From Azolla caroliniana (lineage: Eukaryota; Plantae; Polypodiophyta): a stretch of DNA of 64,000 nucleotides. Of this stretch, positions 1-14,100 are shown piece after piece. Below the pieces are notes generated by a model. It searched no databases and had not been told where the DNA came from. It saw only the letters and a program-made list of their open reading frames with translations. The translations under genes were made by a program, and so were the position numbers. Within the stretch, counting starts at the first letter, position 1, and every line of letters starts with the position of its first letter. The stretch lies in the NCBI GenBank assembly GCA_043228905.1, contig JBHGNT010000013.1, forward strand, positions 1,860,001 through 1,924,000. The letters run 5' to 3'.

Positions 1-288
1 GTATGTTTCATTGCTCCCCACTTCTTTAAATTTAATTTATTTGTTAATTTCATGGATTCAAAGTTCTTTGATCCGGATAAAGTGATGCCAATGTGTATTG
101 CTGTATATTTAATTGGATTAATGCAAGAATGCAATGGATACAGATGGAATAGACACTTGTATGTTTTCAAAGATAGATTGTATCCCTACGGGCAGGGATG
201 TATGTGCAACTACAAGCTTCATGAAGTAAACTTTATGCATTGGCTATATACAGATAGATAGATAGATAAAGGAGGTTTGTCATTTCAG

Positions 289-369
289 ATATGGAGGTCA
301 AGTGGTTTTAAAACTCCTGAAATGCCAAAAGCAATCCGTTTCTTGTGTGAACAGGACCTATCCTATGAG
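289..369 (+). CDS. Putative 81-nt internal exon of an unidentified plus-strand gene (IWRSSGFKTPEMPKAIRFLCEQDLSYE if phase 0)
   Basis: Bounded by tttcAG and GTacaa; length is a multiple of 3; open in two frames; the window itself starts with a donor-like GTATGT. Peptide not recognised. Confidence 0.3.
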
Positions 370-1964
370 GTACAAAACTCCAATGGTAAGAATCAATCTC
401 TAAATGCATAACTTCTTGTAGTTTTATGGGGCTTCTGCATGCGTTCCTTCAAATTGGACCTATATCCATTCTGGTTCTAACTCGAATAAGCCCATTCCAA
501 AACTGTATATGGGATTTCCATCTCATATGGCTCCTCCCACCTAAAGTATGAGGGTAGTAGTAATATTCGAAATAAATTGATTATTCCTACCCCTAACCTG
601 TAATTGAGTGGGAGCTAGTGTGTTGTAAAATTAGTACCTAACCATGCTTGCAAAAATTGCCCAGGCAAGCAACTAGGAAGAATGAGAGAAACTCCTCCCT
701 TGTCCATATCAATGCCCAAAGAATTGTATAAAAAATATATAAAACTGAATTATCATTTTAGAGCATTATCTGATGTGATGCAACATCAATTATAACAAAA
801 ACTTGTAGTTGTTGAATATCAAAAATGGATTTTGAAATTTATTACCATTCTGAATGAAAGGTGTTGTTAACAAATCAGGGGGTACTAGTGCAACCGCCGT
901 CAAAAGTACACCCCTAATTTATTCGGAACTATTTATATTGCCCGTTGAAGCTGTGACCGGAGTCGGAGAAGTGAAAGGATAGAGAACCGGAATCCGGAAG
1001 TAGTGTGAACCGGATAAAGGAGAAACCGGAAAGATATTATAAGAAATAAAGAAAAAGTTACGCTTGTTAATACATATCCGGATTGTGTACTGAATAGTGT
1101 GTCGGATAACTAGACATAATCATATGTGTGCTTTATTCCATCCCTCCAACCACACCTTTGGATAGTATTCCGGAAGGGGAATACATTGTGTTTGCGACTG
1201 AGACTTAATCCAAGATAAACAATTTAGAGTATTTGGAACTTGGGGGAAAAAATACCATGTAGGTGATAATTTCCAAAGGATTTCCCGAGTAGACCCAAGA
1301 AAAAAATTCTGAAAATTTTCCTCCAATTTAGTTGCTTTCATATCTACAATGAATTGGGAGAATGGACTCTCAAATTGTCAACACTGAACATCTTGCTGAA
1401 CATGTGAACATCTGATAATCTCCACTATATTGCAACCAAAGACATAGAAGTGAGAGAATCTTATCTCAATCCATTACAAAAAACATCCACCCATTTTTTA
1501 GCCGTGTAAATGTTTATGTTAGTTATTAGCTTTTATGTCAACTTATATATGGTGTAACATTGATTAAGGAACCTTTGTAGTAGCTTTGCCGATTTGTCCA
1601 TTTTCTTTTCAAATTGCTCTTCTTTTAAAGCATACTCCATGTGATCACTTTCAAGATTCTTGGTTGAGTATCAACCATGCTAAAATGCATCTAACTAAAA
1701 TAAAGAATGGTAAGATACTTAACACCTTCCCTAATCATCCATTGCAATTGAATGATCACTATATTTGGAAGATCCCTATAGTGTGAAGAGGCACTTAGCA
1801 CCAACCAAGTTTTAATGGTAGTTTCTTGCCAAAAAATTAAATAAGACAACAAGATTGTGACAAGCGAACAAGATTATGTGTTATATCCTATAGAGAAAAA
1901 GGATATCATGAAAATAAAATAGAAGTGAGACTAAAAAAGTTAAGAACAAAAAATGCACACAAAC

Positions 1965-4318
1965 GTTTCTATAGCTCCATCCTTATTTCTATTATATGCC
2001 GAAGCACTCTCTTGCTTTCTCAACTCACAACATCTCAACCTACGTGGTCTTCCCATACCTCATTCTCACCAAAGCATCCTGGATATCGAATTTGCAGATG
2101 ACACAACGGTCTACTTGCAAGGGGACTTGGAAAACCTCCAAAAGCGAGAAAGTGGGTTAGCCGTATTTTGCAAGAGATCCAATGCCATGATCAATTGGCA
2201 CAAATCCTGCGCAATATGGCTTTCTCATGAAACACATCCGGCGTGGCACCCATATCCTGCTTTCAAATGGATCAATCAAGGAGCGAGCACCAAATATTTG
2301 GGTTTCCAAATTGGTTTCAACATACTGCCGGAGACTATGATTGCACCTGTTATCCATTCCATTCGACAAAAGTTGATACATTGGAGCTCGAAAAAACTGT
2401 TGCTAGCGGGTCACATCATAGTGGCAAACCAGGTACTACTCGCAGCAACATGGTACAGTCTATCATGCTGGACAATCTCCAAGGAAAGTATACATCAGAT
2501 TCAATGATTGGTTCACAACTACATTTGATCTGGTAAGGAAGACCATGTAGCTCGCGCCAAGGTGGCGTGGCCTATACTCACATCGCCTAAGTTGAGAGGG
2601 GGATTGGGTCTTATTGATCCCCTTTCACAATCAAAAGCCTTACTTGCCAAATTTGTGGTGCAAGGACTCCAACCAGGAAATGACTGTTGGAAAATGCTAT
2701 TGCGGTTACGTTTTGCTTACTTTAGGCCACGAAAAGGGGTCAATTGGGCCCCCCAAACGGGATGGATTCTAAACATGGATCTCCAACCTAGTTTCTCCCG
2801 CCAATTAGAGGATAGATTCAGTGCATCCATGTGGAAGGCATGGTGTGACATTAGACGAGGGCTCAAGTGTGATCAACCGAGATCCGAACCTGCCTAGCTC
2901 AGTCAACGAATCCTATGGAACCCATGTATCAAGGATGAATCTAATCAACTACTGGGATCACGTAAGGGGTTGTCATGGGGATACATTGCAGAAGGTCCAG
3001 GAAAAAGTATAGAATGTTGGCGACGGTTTATGTCACTGGCACTACAAGATCAAGCCAACATACTCCATGGAATTAGGGGTGGATGGACTATGAGATCGGA
3101 AATCTTTAACACTATTGATTAGGGAAACTGCTACTCAAAGGATGACAATGGAGAAATGGATAGGCCATGAGGAGGAGGGATCTCTGATCTCGAGAAGTAC
3201 GGGACCACCAGGCAGGCTTGAAGGCTTTGAATTGGGATACATTGAGACACCAACACAGAATAACACAATTCGAGTACTTGCGTATACTGGTCATAAATGG
3301 ATTGTAGATCCTGATCTGATCAAAGTACAACCCGATTGGGACATATGTACTCATGAAAACACATGGCTATGTAAGGTTAGTTGGGACCCTTTGCAATGGA
3401 CATGACATGATCCTTACACGGGCGGGGCAAGGAAGCACACCCATCCGTTTCTTCCAATTCACAACTAGATTGGGTCGCCACATTCTAGCTGCTCAAACCG
3501 CCTGAGAACCGGCTACTATGAAGGTCTGGCACACATTTCAAGTTCCTCCCACAATAATCACCAAGTTTTGGCAGAAAAACTGGAAACAACAACAAGCGAG
3601 GCGAATTACCACATTCCAATGGCTATTAATACATAAGTCCCTACCTGTGGGAGCATGTCAACGTGGGAACCTTAGCTCTCCTAATTGTGTAGAGTGCCCA
3701 CATGCAGTAGAATCAATACGACACGCTCTGTGGGACTGCCCAACGTCCCATTGAATATGGCGGGGGGTTGGCCGCTTGTTGCAATTATGCCAAGTGCAAG
3801 GCTCAATCAAGTGGGCAAATATATGTTGGCTATCATGGCAGACCCTAGTTGGCAGATACGAGCATCAAGAGGAGGGGATGACTTTGGTGATAAAAGCACA
3901 AGAGGTTTTTTTCTCCTCCAGCGGCAATGTCCACTCAACTCCTCTTAATGACAAATCTCAAGTTGTGTTGGAATTGGTCAACCCAATAACTCTTTGGATT
4001 CTATGGAAACAACGGTGTAGACGAGTCTTCTCCAACCAAACCACGCATCCAACAAGGTTATTGCAAGAGATATGGAGTGAAATTGTAGCCACTTTAAAGA
4101 GCCAATATGATGGCCTCAAAGGCGGCTCCGATGGAGTTGAAAGACAACGAATAGCCTTCATCCAACAATGGTCGTCCTCTCCCTTTCTTGAGTCAATGGG
4201 TGTCCACATAAGATGGAACTATCGCGTCCCTACAGGGATTTGTACATAATCGTCTCATGTGTAAAATTTTATAACTAATGGAAGGAGTTTTTTTTTGGAA
4301 AAAAAAGAAAAAGAAAAG
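1965..4318 (+). mobile_element. 5'-truncated, degenerate L1-like LINE (ORF2: RT C-terminal half, zf-RVT/CCHC region, A-rich tail)
   Basis: APSLFLLYAEALS...EFADD...INWHKS...KYLGF; PKLRGGLGL; CVEC..ESIRHALWDC; LWILWKQRC; several in-frame stops; GAAAAAAAAGAAAAAGAAAAGG tail near 4298-4318. Confidence 0.9.
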
Positions 4319-5598
4319 GCAACATGAAATTCATTTAATGATCGAGTGCGTATGTGCGTAGGCAATATCCTATGCATGGGTGTCAATGTGTATGCACATA
4401 AATGAGACAAGCTATATCCTATATGTTTGGTGAAAACACACGGTATTCCCCTTTGCGAAGCATGGTAGAACTTCACAAGCGGATAAGGAACCCTACTTTT
4501 CTCATTGTCCCTAAGGTTCACAGAAGTCGTACAATAGATTCAAGTATGATATTGTTACATGTCTTAACAAGGTTTAGGTCAACTTTTGCGTTTGTTCCAT
4601 AGGATGTAAATTTTGAAATTTAGGCCCCAAATATATCATGTTTAGTCTATAAGGGTTTCATTTGTTGTAATCTAATTCATAGAAGTGACATGTAACTTGG
4701 GTGTGGGTGCAAAACAATTTTGAAATCCAATGAAAATGAAATCGTATTCTAAGATTATGATGATGACGACGATGATGACAGGGATGGACTAAAGTCCATG
4801 GGGGGATGAACATGACCCATGAAATCACATTGACCTAGGTATACTAAAGCCTAGATATATGGCATCCTCCTTTCAATGCTTTTATCGTGGAATGTTGAGG
4901 CCAACTTTTATGAATGGAGTGTATGATGCCAAAAGGAATTTGGCTTCCCTAAATTTATGCCTAAAAGCTAGCTCGGAATATCAAAATAAGCCCCTTTGCT
5001 CTAGCTTAAAGAACCATTATTAGAAGAGGAACACAACTATAAGGTATATTATTAGAAGATGACCACAAGTATAAGGTATCTCCATTAGGTTTTTCCCGCC
5101 ACGTGCAAGAACACATTGTCATTCTAAAGGATATCTATTAATGATAGATATGTATATTTAATTTGTACAATATTAAAATTCCCCACTTGCTTTAATTGTT
5201 GGTTCCTATTTCAAACCCAAATGCCAATAAGACAACACAAAGTCTCTTTGAATATTAACAATGGGAACTAGAAAGAGGGGCTTCTAACATCCTAGAGGAC
5301 ATTGATCCAATTTTGTAGTAAGCTCATGTTAATAACAATTCAAGTAAATTGTAACACAAACACCAATTTTTCTATATTTTCTTAAGGGCCCTCGCACAAG
5401 CCCCAAAAGAGAAAGAAGGGAACTACTTTACCCTAAATTACTCAAATACCACTTGTAATTGAGAAAAGGAGATGAATTAACTATATAATTGCTCAAGTAG
5501 CACATATAATTGTCCTTTGGGGTTTGACCAAGGGACATTCCATGAAGTAATAAAAGAACCATATCTAAGTTTCCTTATAATATGATGGTTAGCTAGTA

Positions 5599-5599
<1 letters not shown>

Positions 5600-5675
<76 letters not shown>
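5600..5675. repeat. Compound (GT)n(GA)n microsatellite
   Basis: Directly visible. Confidence 0.95.
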
Positions 5676-5679
<4 letters not shown>

Positions 5680-6223
5680 GTATTGGTAGATTTAGTTGTA
5701 CCAAGTGACATACACATAACATTGCTCAACAAAGGTCATATAATAAATTTCTAGTTTGGAATACTATGTTTGAGCTTTGAATGGCGAACAACCATAGAAT
5801 GATTTGCTATTATAGCAAGGCAAGAAGAAGAAAATATTGTAGGTCATGAAAAATTCAAGTTCCATACATTTAACCCGAAACATAGGCAAACAAGATACAA
5901 GAAATAAGTGCAAAGCATAATTTGATGAATTGGGCCCCCTCTCCTCCATATAATATTCAGACATGAAAACGAATCATGTATGTGCAGTGTGCACATAAAA
6001 CAGATCAAGCATGTGCTTTTTTTTAATGAATTCAAATCTATGATACCAACAACTACATTCAAGAATCATCCCAATCGATAAATGGATAAGCTTCTACATA
6101 TTTAGCTCACATTATTTTTATTAAATGCCACACATTTAGGCATTACAAATAGATGTTTATACCAAGCTTTTGAATGAATCTTTACAATGACATTAAGAAA
6201 GACAACGTTGACAATTATACCAG

Positions 6224-6265
6224 ATCAAGCACTCTCCAGTTGCACGAGTGTATGCATGCAATTAA
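6224..6265 (+). CDS. Putative terminal exon of the same gene (IKHSPVARVYACN*; the alternative frame reads further to a TGA near 6350)
   Basis: ttgac...ataccAG acceptor; joins in frame with 289-369; would be convergent with DUF506. No homology recognised. Confidence 0.2.
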   Translation: MKHSPVARVYACN

Positions 6266-7169
6266 CCCTGGTTCAAAGTCTCTCGTCGCCTTAGAAAGGA
6301 GAAGAAATGCCAACACAGAGAAAATTGGTTGATCGCAAATAAGTGTGAAGATCATGCTTTTGTTGGGAGATTTTTGAGGGTGTATAAATACTTGGCACAA
6401 CATTCAATGATGCCATGTTGAATTATGACACCAGGATGTGGAATATAAAATGCAAGTTTGTTTCTGTGAATAGGAAAAGGGCTTTACTTATCAACATACT
6501 ATATCACGCATATAATTTGGTTGTTCTTAACCGTCGGTTCTATTACTTCTTGTGAGTGTTTGGGGAGCTTTCCATATCAAACAAGAAATTGTCCAATCAC
6601 ATAGCATACATCTACACTTTTTATGGGATGGGCTCTAGGTTTCCCCTAGTGCAAAGAACCAAGTTAACCCTAGTGCGAAGAAACATGTTAACGTCCCCAT
6701 GCATGGAAATCGAAATGTTGAGTGTTTGGAGCCATGGAAATTGAAGACAAGACACTATTTGAGGGTACAAGTTAGTACTTACACCATTGTCAGAGACCCT
6801 CAAGTAAGCCATAGGAAGAATTTAATGGAAATAATGAAGACGAGTACCAAATTTCAATATACTTGAAGAGCATCTCTTGTGCAAGTACATCACATCATAA
6901 CTTAAAGAACACTTTCCCTCTAGAGTTGGGCACCAATATGTATTAAGACTAGATAAGTGATCAAAACATAAGGAAGAGTCGGTTCCATTATTAAGACTAG
7001 GTGAATGCTCAAAACATAAGGAAGTAGACGTATTGACTTACTTTCCATTAACTCTAGTCCTCTTCTCATGACTTACATCAATTATCTATTTCTCTCATTA
7101 AATGTGTAAGTGTCATACAACCATAGGAAAACTTCGAGATGAATGGTTAAGTGGATGTATTGGAAGCCA

Positions 7170-7992
7170 TTAACATGTTATAGCCCTGGTCGGTGTCGCC
7201 CTATGTTGCTTCAAAGCATGGGCATTGTTTGCTTGAGAGTGTTGCCTCAATGCATGTGCTAGGGCAGAGACCTTCCTCCTAGGTGTAACAATATTCTCAT
7301 GCTCAAGGGCTAATCGAGACGAATTAACGAGGGCCGGAGGTTGCCAACCACTAGTCATAAGTTTGTCCATACGAGAGGGGACTAGGAGACATGTCGATGA
7401 TGAAGACAACGATGGCTTCAATGCACACTTGCTATACCCATAAAAGTCCTTGATTTCCACCTTCAATCTAGTGGATAACAACGGTTCCTCAAGGGAAATG
7501 GAACCAAGATGTGTGGGCTTAGCCTTGTCATAAGCACAATTATCGAAAGTGGTACTACATTTGGTGGTCCTCTTGTAGGAGGAGAACCATTTGGCTTGCA
7601 AGTAAGAGTGTTTTCTCCAAGGTGGCAAGTGCATGCCCATAATCTTGAGGGAAAGCTTCGCCCCCTCCGACATGGCCTTGATAATTGCCTTTAACCTCTC
7701 CCCTCTCCCCACGAAAATGCAGGGCACCATCTTTAGCAATGTCTCGTATTGCTTCGAGGCTCTCGCCAGCTCGAACTGCGCTCGGAAGTCGATGTCAACG
7801 AAGATCCTTCCGCTACTCACAATCACATCGATATACTCGTAGTTTCCTGTTGGTATTCGATCCAACGGGACCATCCACATCAAAACATTAACATAGAGAT
7901 TGAGGGTTAAGGAAAATCTAGTTACTTAATTCCTTTTTGCTACTAGCTACATCCAATGTATATACATATATACATATACATATATTGTATAC

Positions 7993-8053
<61 letters not shown>

Positions 8054-9565
8054 TAAACATACACATACACATATATATATAAGCTATACATATAAGCTAC
8101 ACACATATATACACACTCACTTATAATAAAGTCTTGTCATAGTGTCCATTCACACTTAGAGATTGTCCATGAGTTGATTAATGACATGGATGAATTTTAG
8201 TTGATTAGTCACATGGGTTAATTTAGATGATTAGTTACATGGGTTCACAAGGTGATTAACTGCATGGGTTAATGCAAATGCCATTTAAGGAAGAGAAAAA
8301 GGCCCATTAATGTGTGATCAAGAAGGCAACAAAGGAGGTGGTTAATCACAACTAATTGAATATGTGATTAAGAAGGGGAAACCAATCCCTAATAAATGAT
8401 TAATGACAAAGGAGCACACATTAGGTTGGGATTAGGAAGGAGATTGACCGGATAATTAGCCACAGCAAAGACTTAAACATGGGGATTAAGGAGGCAATTA
8501 AGAAAGCATACAAAGTATAGTAGCTCATTGACTTGTAGAGGACCCTGCATTTATTAAAAGGAAGTGATTAAGGAAGGATTAAGCAATCCAAACGCAGTGA
8601 ATTAGGAATGACAAGCGAAGGAGATCAAGGGAGTAAAGAATCATAAAATATGATTAAGGAAGTGGTTAAGCATCAAACGTGATTAAGGAATCAAATGTTA
8701 TAAGCTAGATGAAATAATGAATGCGATTAAGCAGTCAAATAATGATTGATCCACACAATGTGATGAATGAATGAATGGATGGATGGATGGATGGATGGGT
8801 GATTAATGAAGTGATCAAGTAATCAAATTACCTGAAGGGAGAGATCCAGCTGCATTTTCCCACCTGGACTTGCAGATCGCAGCATTATATCCTATTGCTC
8901 TTAATTGCCTCATCACACCATAATTAAGCATACCAGTATGAACATGACCGCCATTAATCTTATTCTGCTCCTTCTTCTTAATGCTGCTGTAATTCTTAAT
9001 CATCTCTGCATTACCATCATCATTATCCTCCCCATCCTTCTTAATGTGAGGCCTGCTGTTAATCTTCTCTAATGCTTCCATCACATCTCTTCTTAATTCC
9101 GCCTCTTCTTTCTCTCCTTTATCGCTAGAATTAATGGACGCCATCGTCAATAATCCCTGCCCATATACACCAGAACCCATCGTTTAGAATCACTAGAAAA
9201 AACCCTAATCTCATGCTACTGACATTAAATCGTCCATAAATTTGGGTCCGTTAAATCTGATTGATTAAGTACTTAAATATGCAAAGAAGAGAATCGATGA
9301 TGATTCGGATTGACATTGTTTTTTTTTTACCTCCATTGCCTGGATCAATTCATCATAAACATGATCACGAAGAACAGAGTCGGCAGATCCATAATTCATG
9401 ATACCACTAACTGATTGATTACGATGATTACAATTAGAATCATTAGATGCTGCCATTCTGCAATCATCATGAAGGATCGGATCGAATCTAGAGTGAGGGG
9501 ATCCATGATCATCTTCAATAAATTCATTCACAAGTGCAGCAAGATCATCGTAGACAAGAGAACTG

Positions 9566-9598
<33 letters not shown>

Positions 9599-9762
9599 TC
9601 ATTAGCAGCAGCACGAGCATACTTGATCGTATCATCTTCTGAATCCTTCACATTCTTCTGAATCTTCTTCATGGGTAGCATAAATTGCTCCTCAATTGGC
9701 TTACTAAGCCGTATAGGTTGCTGTGGATTGACACCATGAATTGAATGGTGGTGATGATTCAT
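7170..9762 (-). CDS. DUF506 family (PDDEXK-like) plant protein; exons 9762-9331, 9156-8832, 7846-7170; ~477 aa
   Basis: DLAALVNEFIE; LRAIGYNAAICKSRW...PSG|NYEYIDV...RIFVDIDFRAQFELAR...P.IFVG...AKLSLK..GMHLPPWRK..YLQAKW are DUF506 hallmarks. GT-AG introns with consistent phases (432+325+677=1434 nt). The exon-2 acceptor is the least certain boundary. Confidence 0.92.
7958..8115. repeat. (CATACA/TATACA)n microsatellite in DUF506 intron 2
   Basis: Directly visible. Confidence 0.9.
9563..9597. repeat. (CTA)n coding trinucleotide repeat encoding poly-Ser in DUF506 exon 1
   Basis: ACTACT... run; translation ESSSSSSSSSSSSSLV. Confidence 0.9.
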
Positions 9763-10899
9763 TGCAATTAGTAAATTACTACAATTATTCCCCTCAGATC
9801 ATGAGCTGCTTAATAATACTGGATCATAATTCATTATAAGATTACTGCTACTACTACTACTACTATTATCCTGAGATCATGAGCAATTTAAGCATAATGG
9901 TATGTATGAATCAGAAAAAAGATGCAGAGAAGAAGAAGATGACGATGATAATGAAGGAGAAGAATTAAATATAAGATGAAAAAAATTAAAGCCCTAGAAA
10001 TTCAATTTGGGGGTTTTCTTTTTCTTTTTCTTTTCTGTAGTGTCATTTGATTTGCCTTAAAAATATTTAGCACAAAAATCTGCTGCATTTAATTTAGCAA
10101 CACATATATATATAAATAAATATATACATACATATGATTCAATAGATAGATAAAGAAAGAAAGAAAGAAAGAAATGATCAAAATGTCAAAAAATTTCCTC
10201 TGCTTTTTATCTTTCCCATCTCTCTGTCTCTGCCCCTTCCCAACTCTCAATCTCTGCATATAATTTATCTATCTATATTATTATTATATGATATATGATA
10301 TATCTAATAGAGATATTAAAACAAACAGAAAATATACTCTTTTCCTTTTTTCAATGCGTGCCTGATATTATCAATTTTATTATTATTATTTTTCTTCTTC
10401 TTCTTCTTCTTCTTCTGCTTTTTAAATTAATTTTCTGTTTTCAACCCATAGACAGAAATTTTATTTTTAATCTGCAGAGAAAATTAGACAGGCATAACAT
10501 ACATGCATACATACATACATAATGTGGATCTGTCTGTTCTTTTTTTTTTCTCTGTCTCTCTCTTCTTTCTCTGATGTTTTTGTGCTGCTGCTGATGTAAA
10601 AATTGAAACAAAAGAGAGAGAGAGACAGAGAGATTCAAATAATTAAACAGCAAAAAGAAGATGATGAGAATGATTGATGAAACCCTTCCATCAAATCACC
10701 ATGATTTGTGACCCAGAAAACAACACAACACACACACATAGCAATTCAAAAACCAAAATCAGAGCAAAAACAATATATCCATTGATGTTATGTGTGGCAT
10801 GTATGTACTACATTATACATATTTATATGCAAAAAAAGGAAGGATAGTTTCAAATTTGTGAATGTTTAAGAACAGAGCAAAATCCTTTGCTCTTTCTCT

Positions 10900-11145
10900 G
10901 TATATATTTATGTATGTATGTATGTATATGTATATGTATATGTATGTATAATGTATGTATATGTATGTATGTATATATATGTATGTATATGTATGTATAA
11001 TGTATGTATATGTATGTATGTATATATGTATCATGTATGTATATGTATGTATGTATATATATGTATGTATATGTATGTATCATGTATGTATGTATGTACA
11101 TTGTATACTATATGTATGTATGTACATATACATCTATGTATATGT
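10900..11145. repeat. (TATG/TATATG)n microsatellite upstream of DUF506
   Basis: Directly visible. Confidence 0.9.
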
Positions 11146-14100
11146 GAAATTTAGTGTCATTAGGTGAGCATCTTGAGAGAAAGAAAGAAATATATATATA
11201 TTATATATATATTAACGTCTTCTAAGAGCATTGGAATTTGTGGGTATCCATTTATGTACATACAATACTCATTTACTTGCTAACTAAACATAGAGAACTT
11301 CCCTCCAAATGTGACTTCCCCTCCTTCCTTCCCCCAAAACAAAATACTACGAAACTTGTTGTCAGGGGTTGGTTGGTCGGCATTCCCCCCCCCCCCTCTT
11401 GTTCTCAACGTTATTCCGAAACTGGTCGGTCATTGCCTTCTGACCGCGGCTGTTCTTGCTCAAAGGTTTTCTCACAAAATGAGAGAAAGTGTGTACACCT
11501 GAAAAGGGGGTTAATAGCCTCGAATCTACATATCTGTCCAGAAAAGAAGTGTGTGCATTCGAAAAGGAGTCAATAGTCTCTAATCTACCTTTCTACCCAT
11601 ATGTGTGGTTGTTTCGTAGCTTGATTGAGTTCGAGCGCATACGTGTCTATGTGGGCATGCACAATTGAAGGTTCTAATGTGTTATGTGTACTAGCGAGAA
11701 GAAGCGCACATCCAATACGGGATTATGATCTATATCCATTTGTTTCTGTCCACTTGATGGTAGTTTTGCTGCATATGTGCCTCCTAATTTATAACACCAT
11801 ACATTCGACATCACAAGAGTGTTCATTATATCATGTGTACATGTGTATCATGCCATTATGGTGCACACACACACACATGTCAAATGTATTTGTATATATT
11901 GCGGGTTTGTTCTCTTCCATCTTTACCTTCCCCCCCCCCCACTCCCATACATGATTATTGACTACCAAGGCTCCCAAGCCCTACTAATCAACCATATAGA
12001 GGTATCTTTTAGCCCATTTGTGGTTAGTATAGGGGTTTGTGAGCTCAAAAATATTGTTTATTACACTCTAGAATCCGTAGTCAATCCATGCCTATAAGAA
12101 TCCATTGGTGTCCTTGGACCCACACGACTTGTCTGACCAATGACACTTTTTGCTTCCCAATCAGATATCTAGATTGTCTAGCAGAGGCACGCAATCTAAT
12201 TCATAACATTTTACATCATATGGGTTCCCAAGGTAATGTGAAAGGAAACCATATCATAGAGCATGTGCTACAAGAAAAGAGGATTTTGGATAAGGTGTTT
12301 TCAAAACTTCGAGATAAAGAGTATCCAATCTATTTGAATTCCACTTACAAACATTCTTCAATCCTTTGTTTCGAAGCCTTCAAAGGCTCCAGTTTCTATG
12401 TATTGGTGAAGCTTTGTTTTTTTTTTTGGGGGGGTGGGGGGAGGTACACATCAATGTCATCTAAAATGTTCGAAAACCCGTATACTTCCGAGATGAGGTC
12501 AGGTAAGAGAATACACACACACACACACACACACACACATGCAATCATGCATGCACAAAGAATGTAGGCATTTCCTTTTTAACACTTCAAGACTCGAGCA
12601 TAACCCCAAGAAACTATCTTTCCACCTTATTTGTATAGGAATTCTTCTTAGCCATTTTAACCATTTGCTTCTAGGGGTACTTACTTTGGACATGAGACAT
12701 GTTGTTTGGTCTACACCAAATGGAACTACCTGTATCCCTACACGTTTTTATACCTTGAATAACAAGCAATGTGAATATGCCAACATCTTAACAAAATCAT
12801 AAACATATCGTCTACCTCCATTCCATCTTTAACACTCGCATAAGTAGATATTTTATCCACCTTTCATAGTTCCAACTCATGAGTTATATTTGATACCAAG
12901 TCCTTATGACTCATGTCAACATGGTATACATTTACAAATCTTTACCCCTACTCTTGTGCATTCATGTACGTAGTGAAATAAGATAAAATGAAATATATAT
13001 AAAAGAGGGCACCTGCATTTTGAAGTATTTTCATTGCTTGAAACATTTTAAACTAATTTAATGCTTATAAAAGTTTGGAGAGTAGCATCTTATTATGTTT
13101 ATGGACCTAAATTTAAAAGAGACAATCTTCAACCAATATCACTGAAAGTTGCGGATTTATCATTATCAATTTTATTTGTTCGGGTGTTAACACATCTACT
13201 ACACGAATCATAATAAACAAATGTCTCAGTTCGAGGTAAACTCCAATTATACATTGCATGTGCATGTGAAACAAATGACATATTCATTTTTTTATTGTTC
13301 AATGTATAGATAAAGAAATTCTGAATATCATTACACTTTCCATTATGTATTTGTGTGACGGGCCAAGTCGAATCACAATTGATCTCTCCAAACCCTAGAG
13401 CTTTTTCTTAGCATTTTAAAGATATGTTCTCCATAATCTCTATCCTACTTTGGTAGGTGTTTTCTTACCACATGTTTAATAATGAGATGTACATCAGAAT
13501 GGATGCCTAATATATGTTTCCTTTGATTCAAGAATGTTTGACATGTCCCTTAGGTTTTTCACCTTCGAATTAGTAACATATTCAATTCTTGGTGTTAGCT
13601 TTTACAAACATAAATTGTTTAAGGCCATAAAGAATATAATTACGAGGATGTCACTTGTCCCCCTAGCCTTTCATAAGTAGATAGAATTATTGTAAGCATG
13701 CCCTATAGGATTTTGTTTCGAAAAGCAAAACATGTTGAAAGATTTCCTTCCCAAGGAATGTGTACGCAAAGCTTACTTCAAGAGAAAGAAAATGGAAAGT
13801 GAGAGGAATGGAAGGTGATGGAATTTGAAAGAGGAGTTGATATATTGCTTCACTAAGGGGAATTTACATACATGTTAAGTCTCCACTCTCAACTCATCAC
13901 AAATGTTGTTTCCAATGTTACATGACATACTTAGTAACTTAGTTATGTTGTTATCAATGTTATGATGCTCACATTATGGAGATTTTTGTAAGCTGGTTTC
14001 TTGTAGTTGCTTCTTTGACTAATGTAGGTAGCTAGAGTGTCTCTTACTTACTAATGTAGAGATCTATCAATATCATTTCAAACTAGTGTAGAGACTCATA

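Noticed and set aside
875-1115. CCGG-rich patch, possible MITE or LTR remnant
   Set aside because: No terminal repeats or TSD could be defined.
10813-11167. YVYV/HTYI-type ORFs (also 7918-8106, 60966-61435, 5477-5722)
   Set aside because: Translations of microsatellites.
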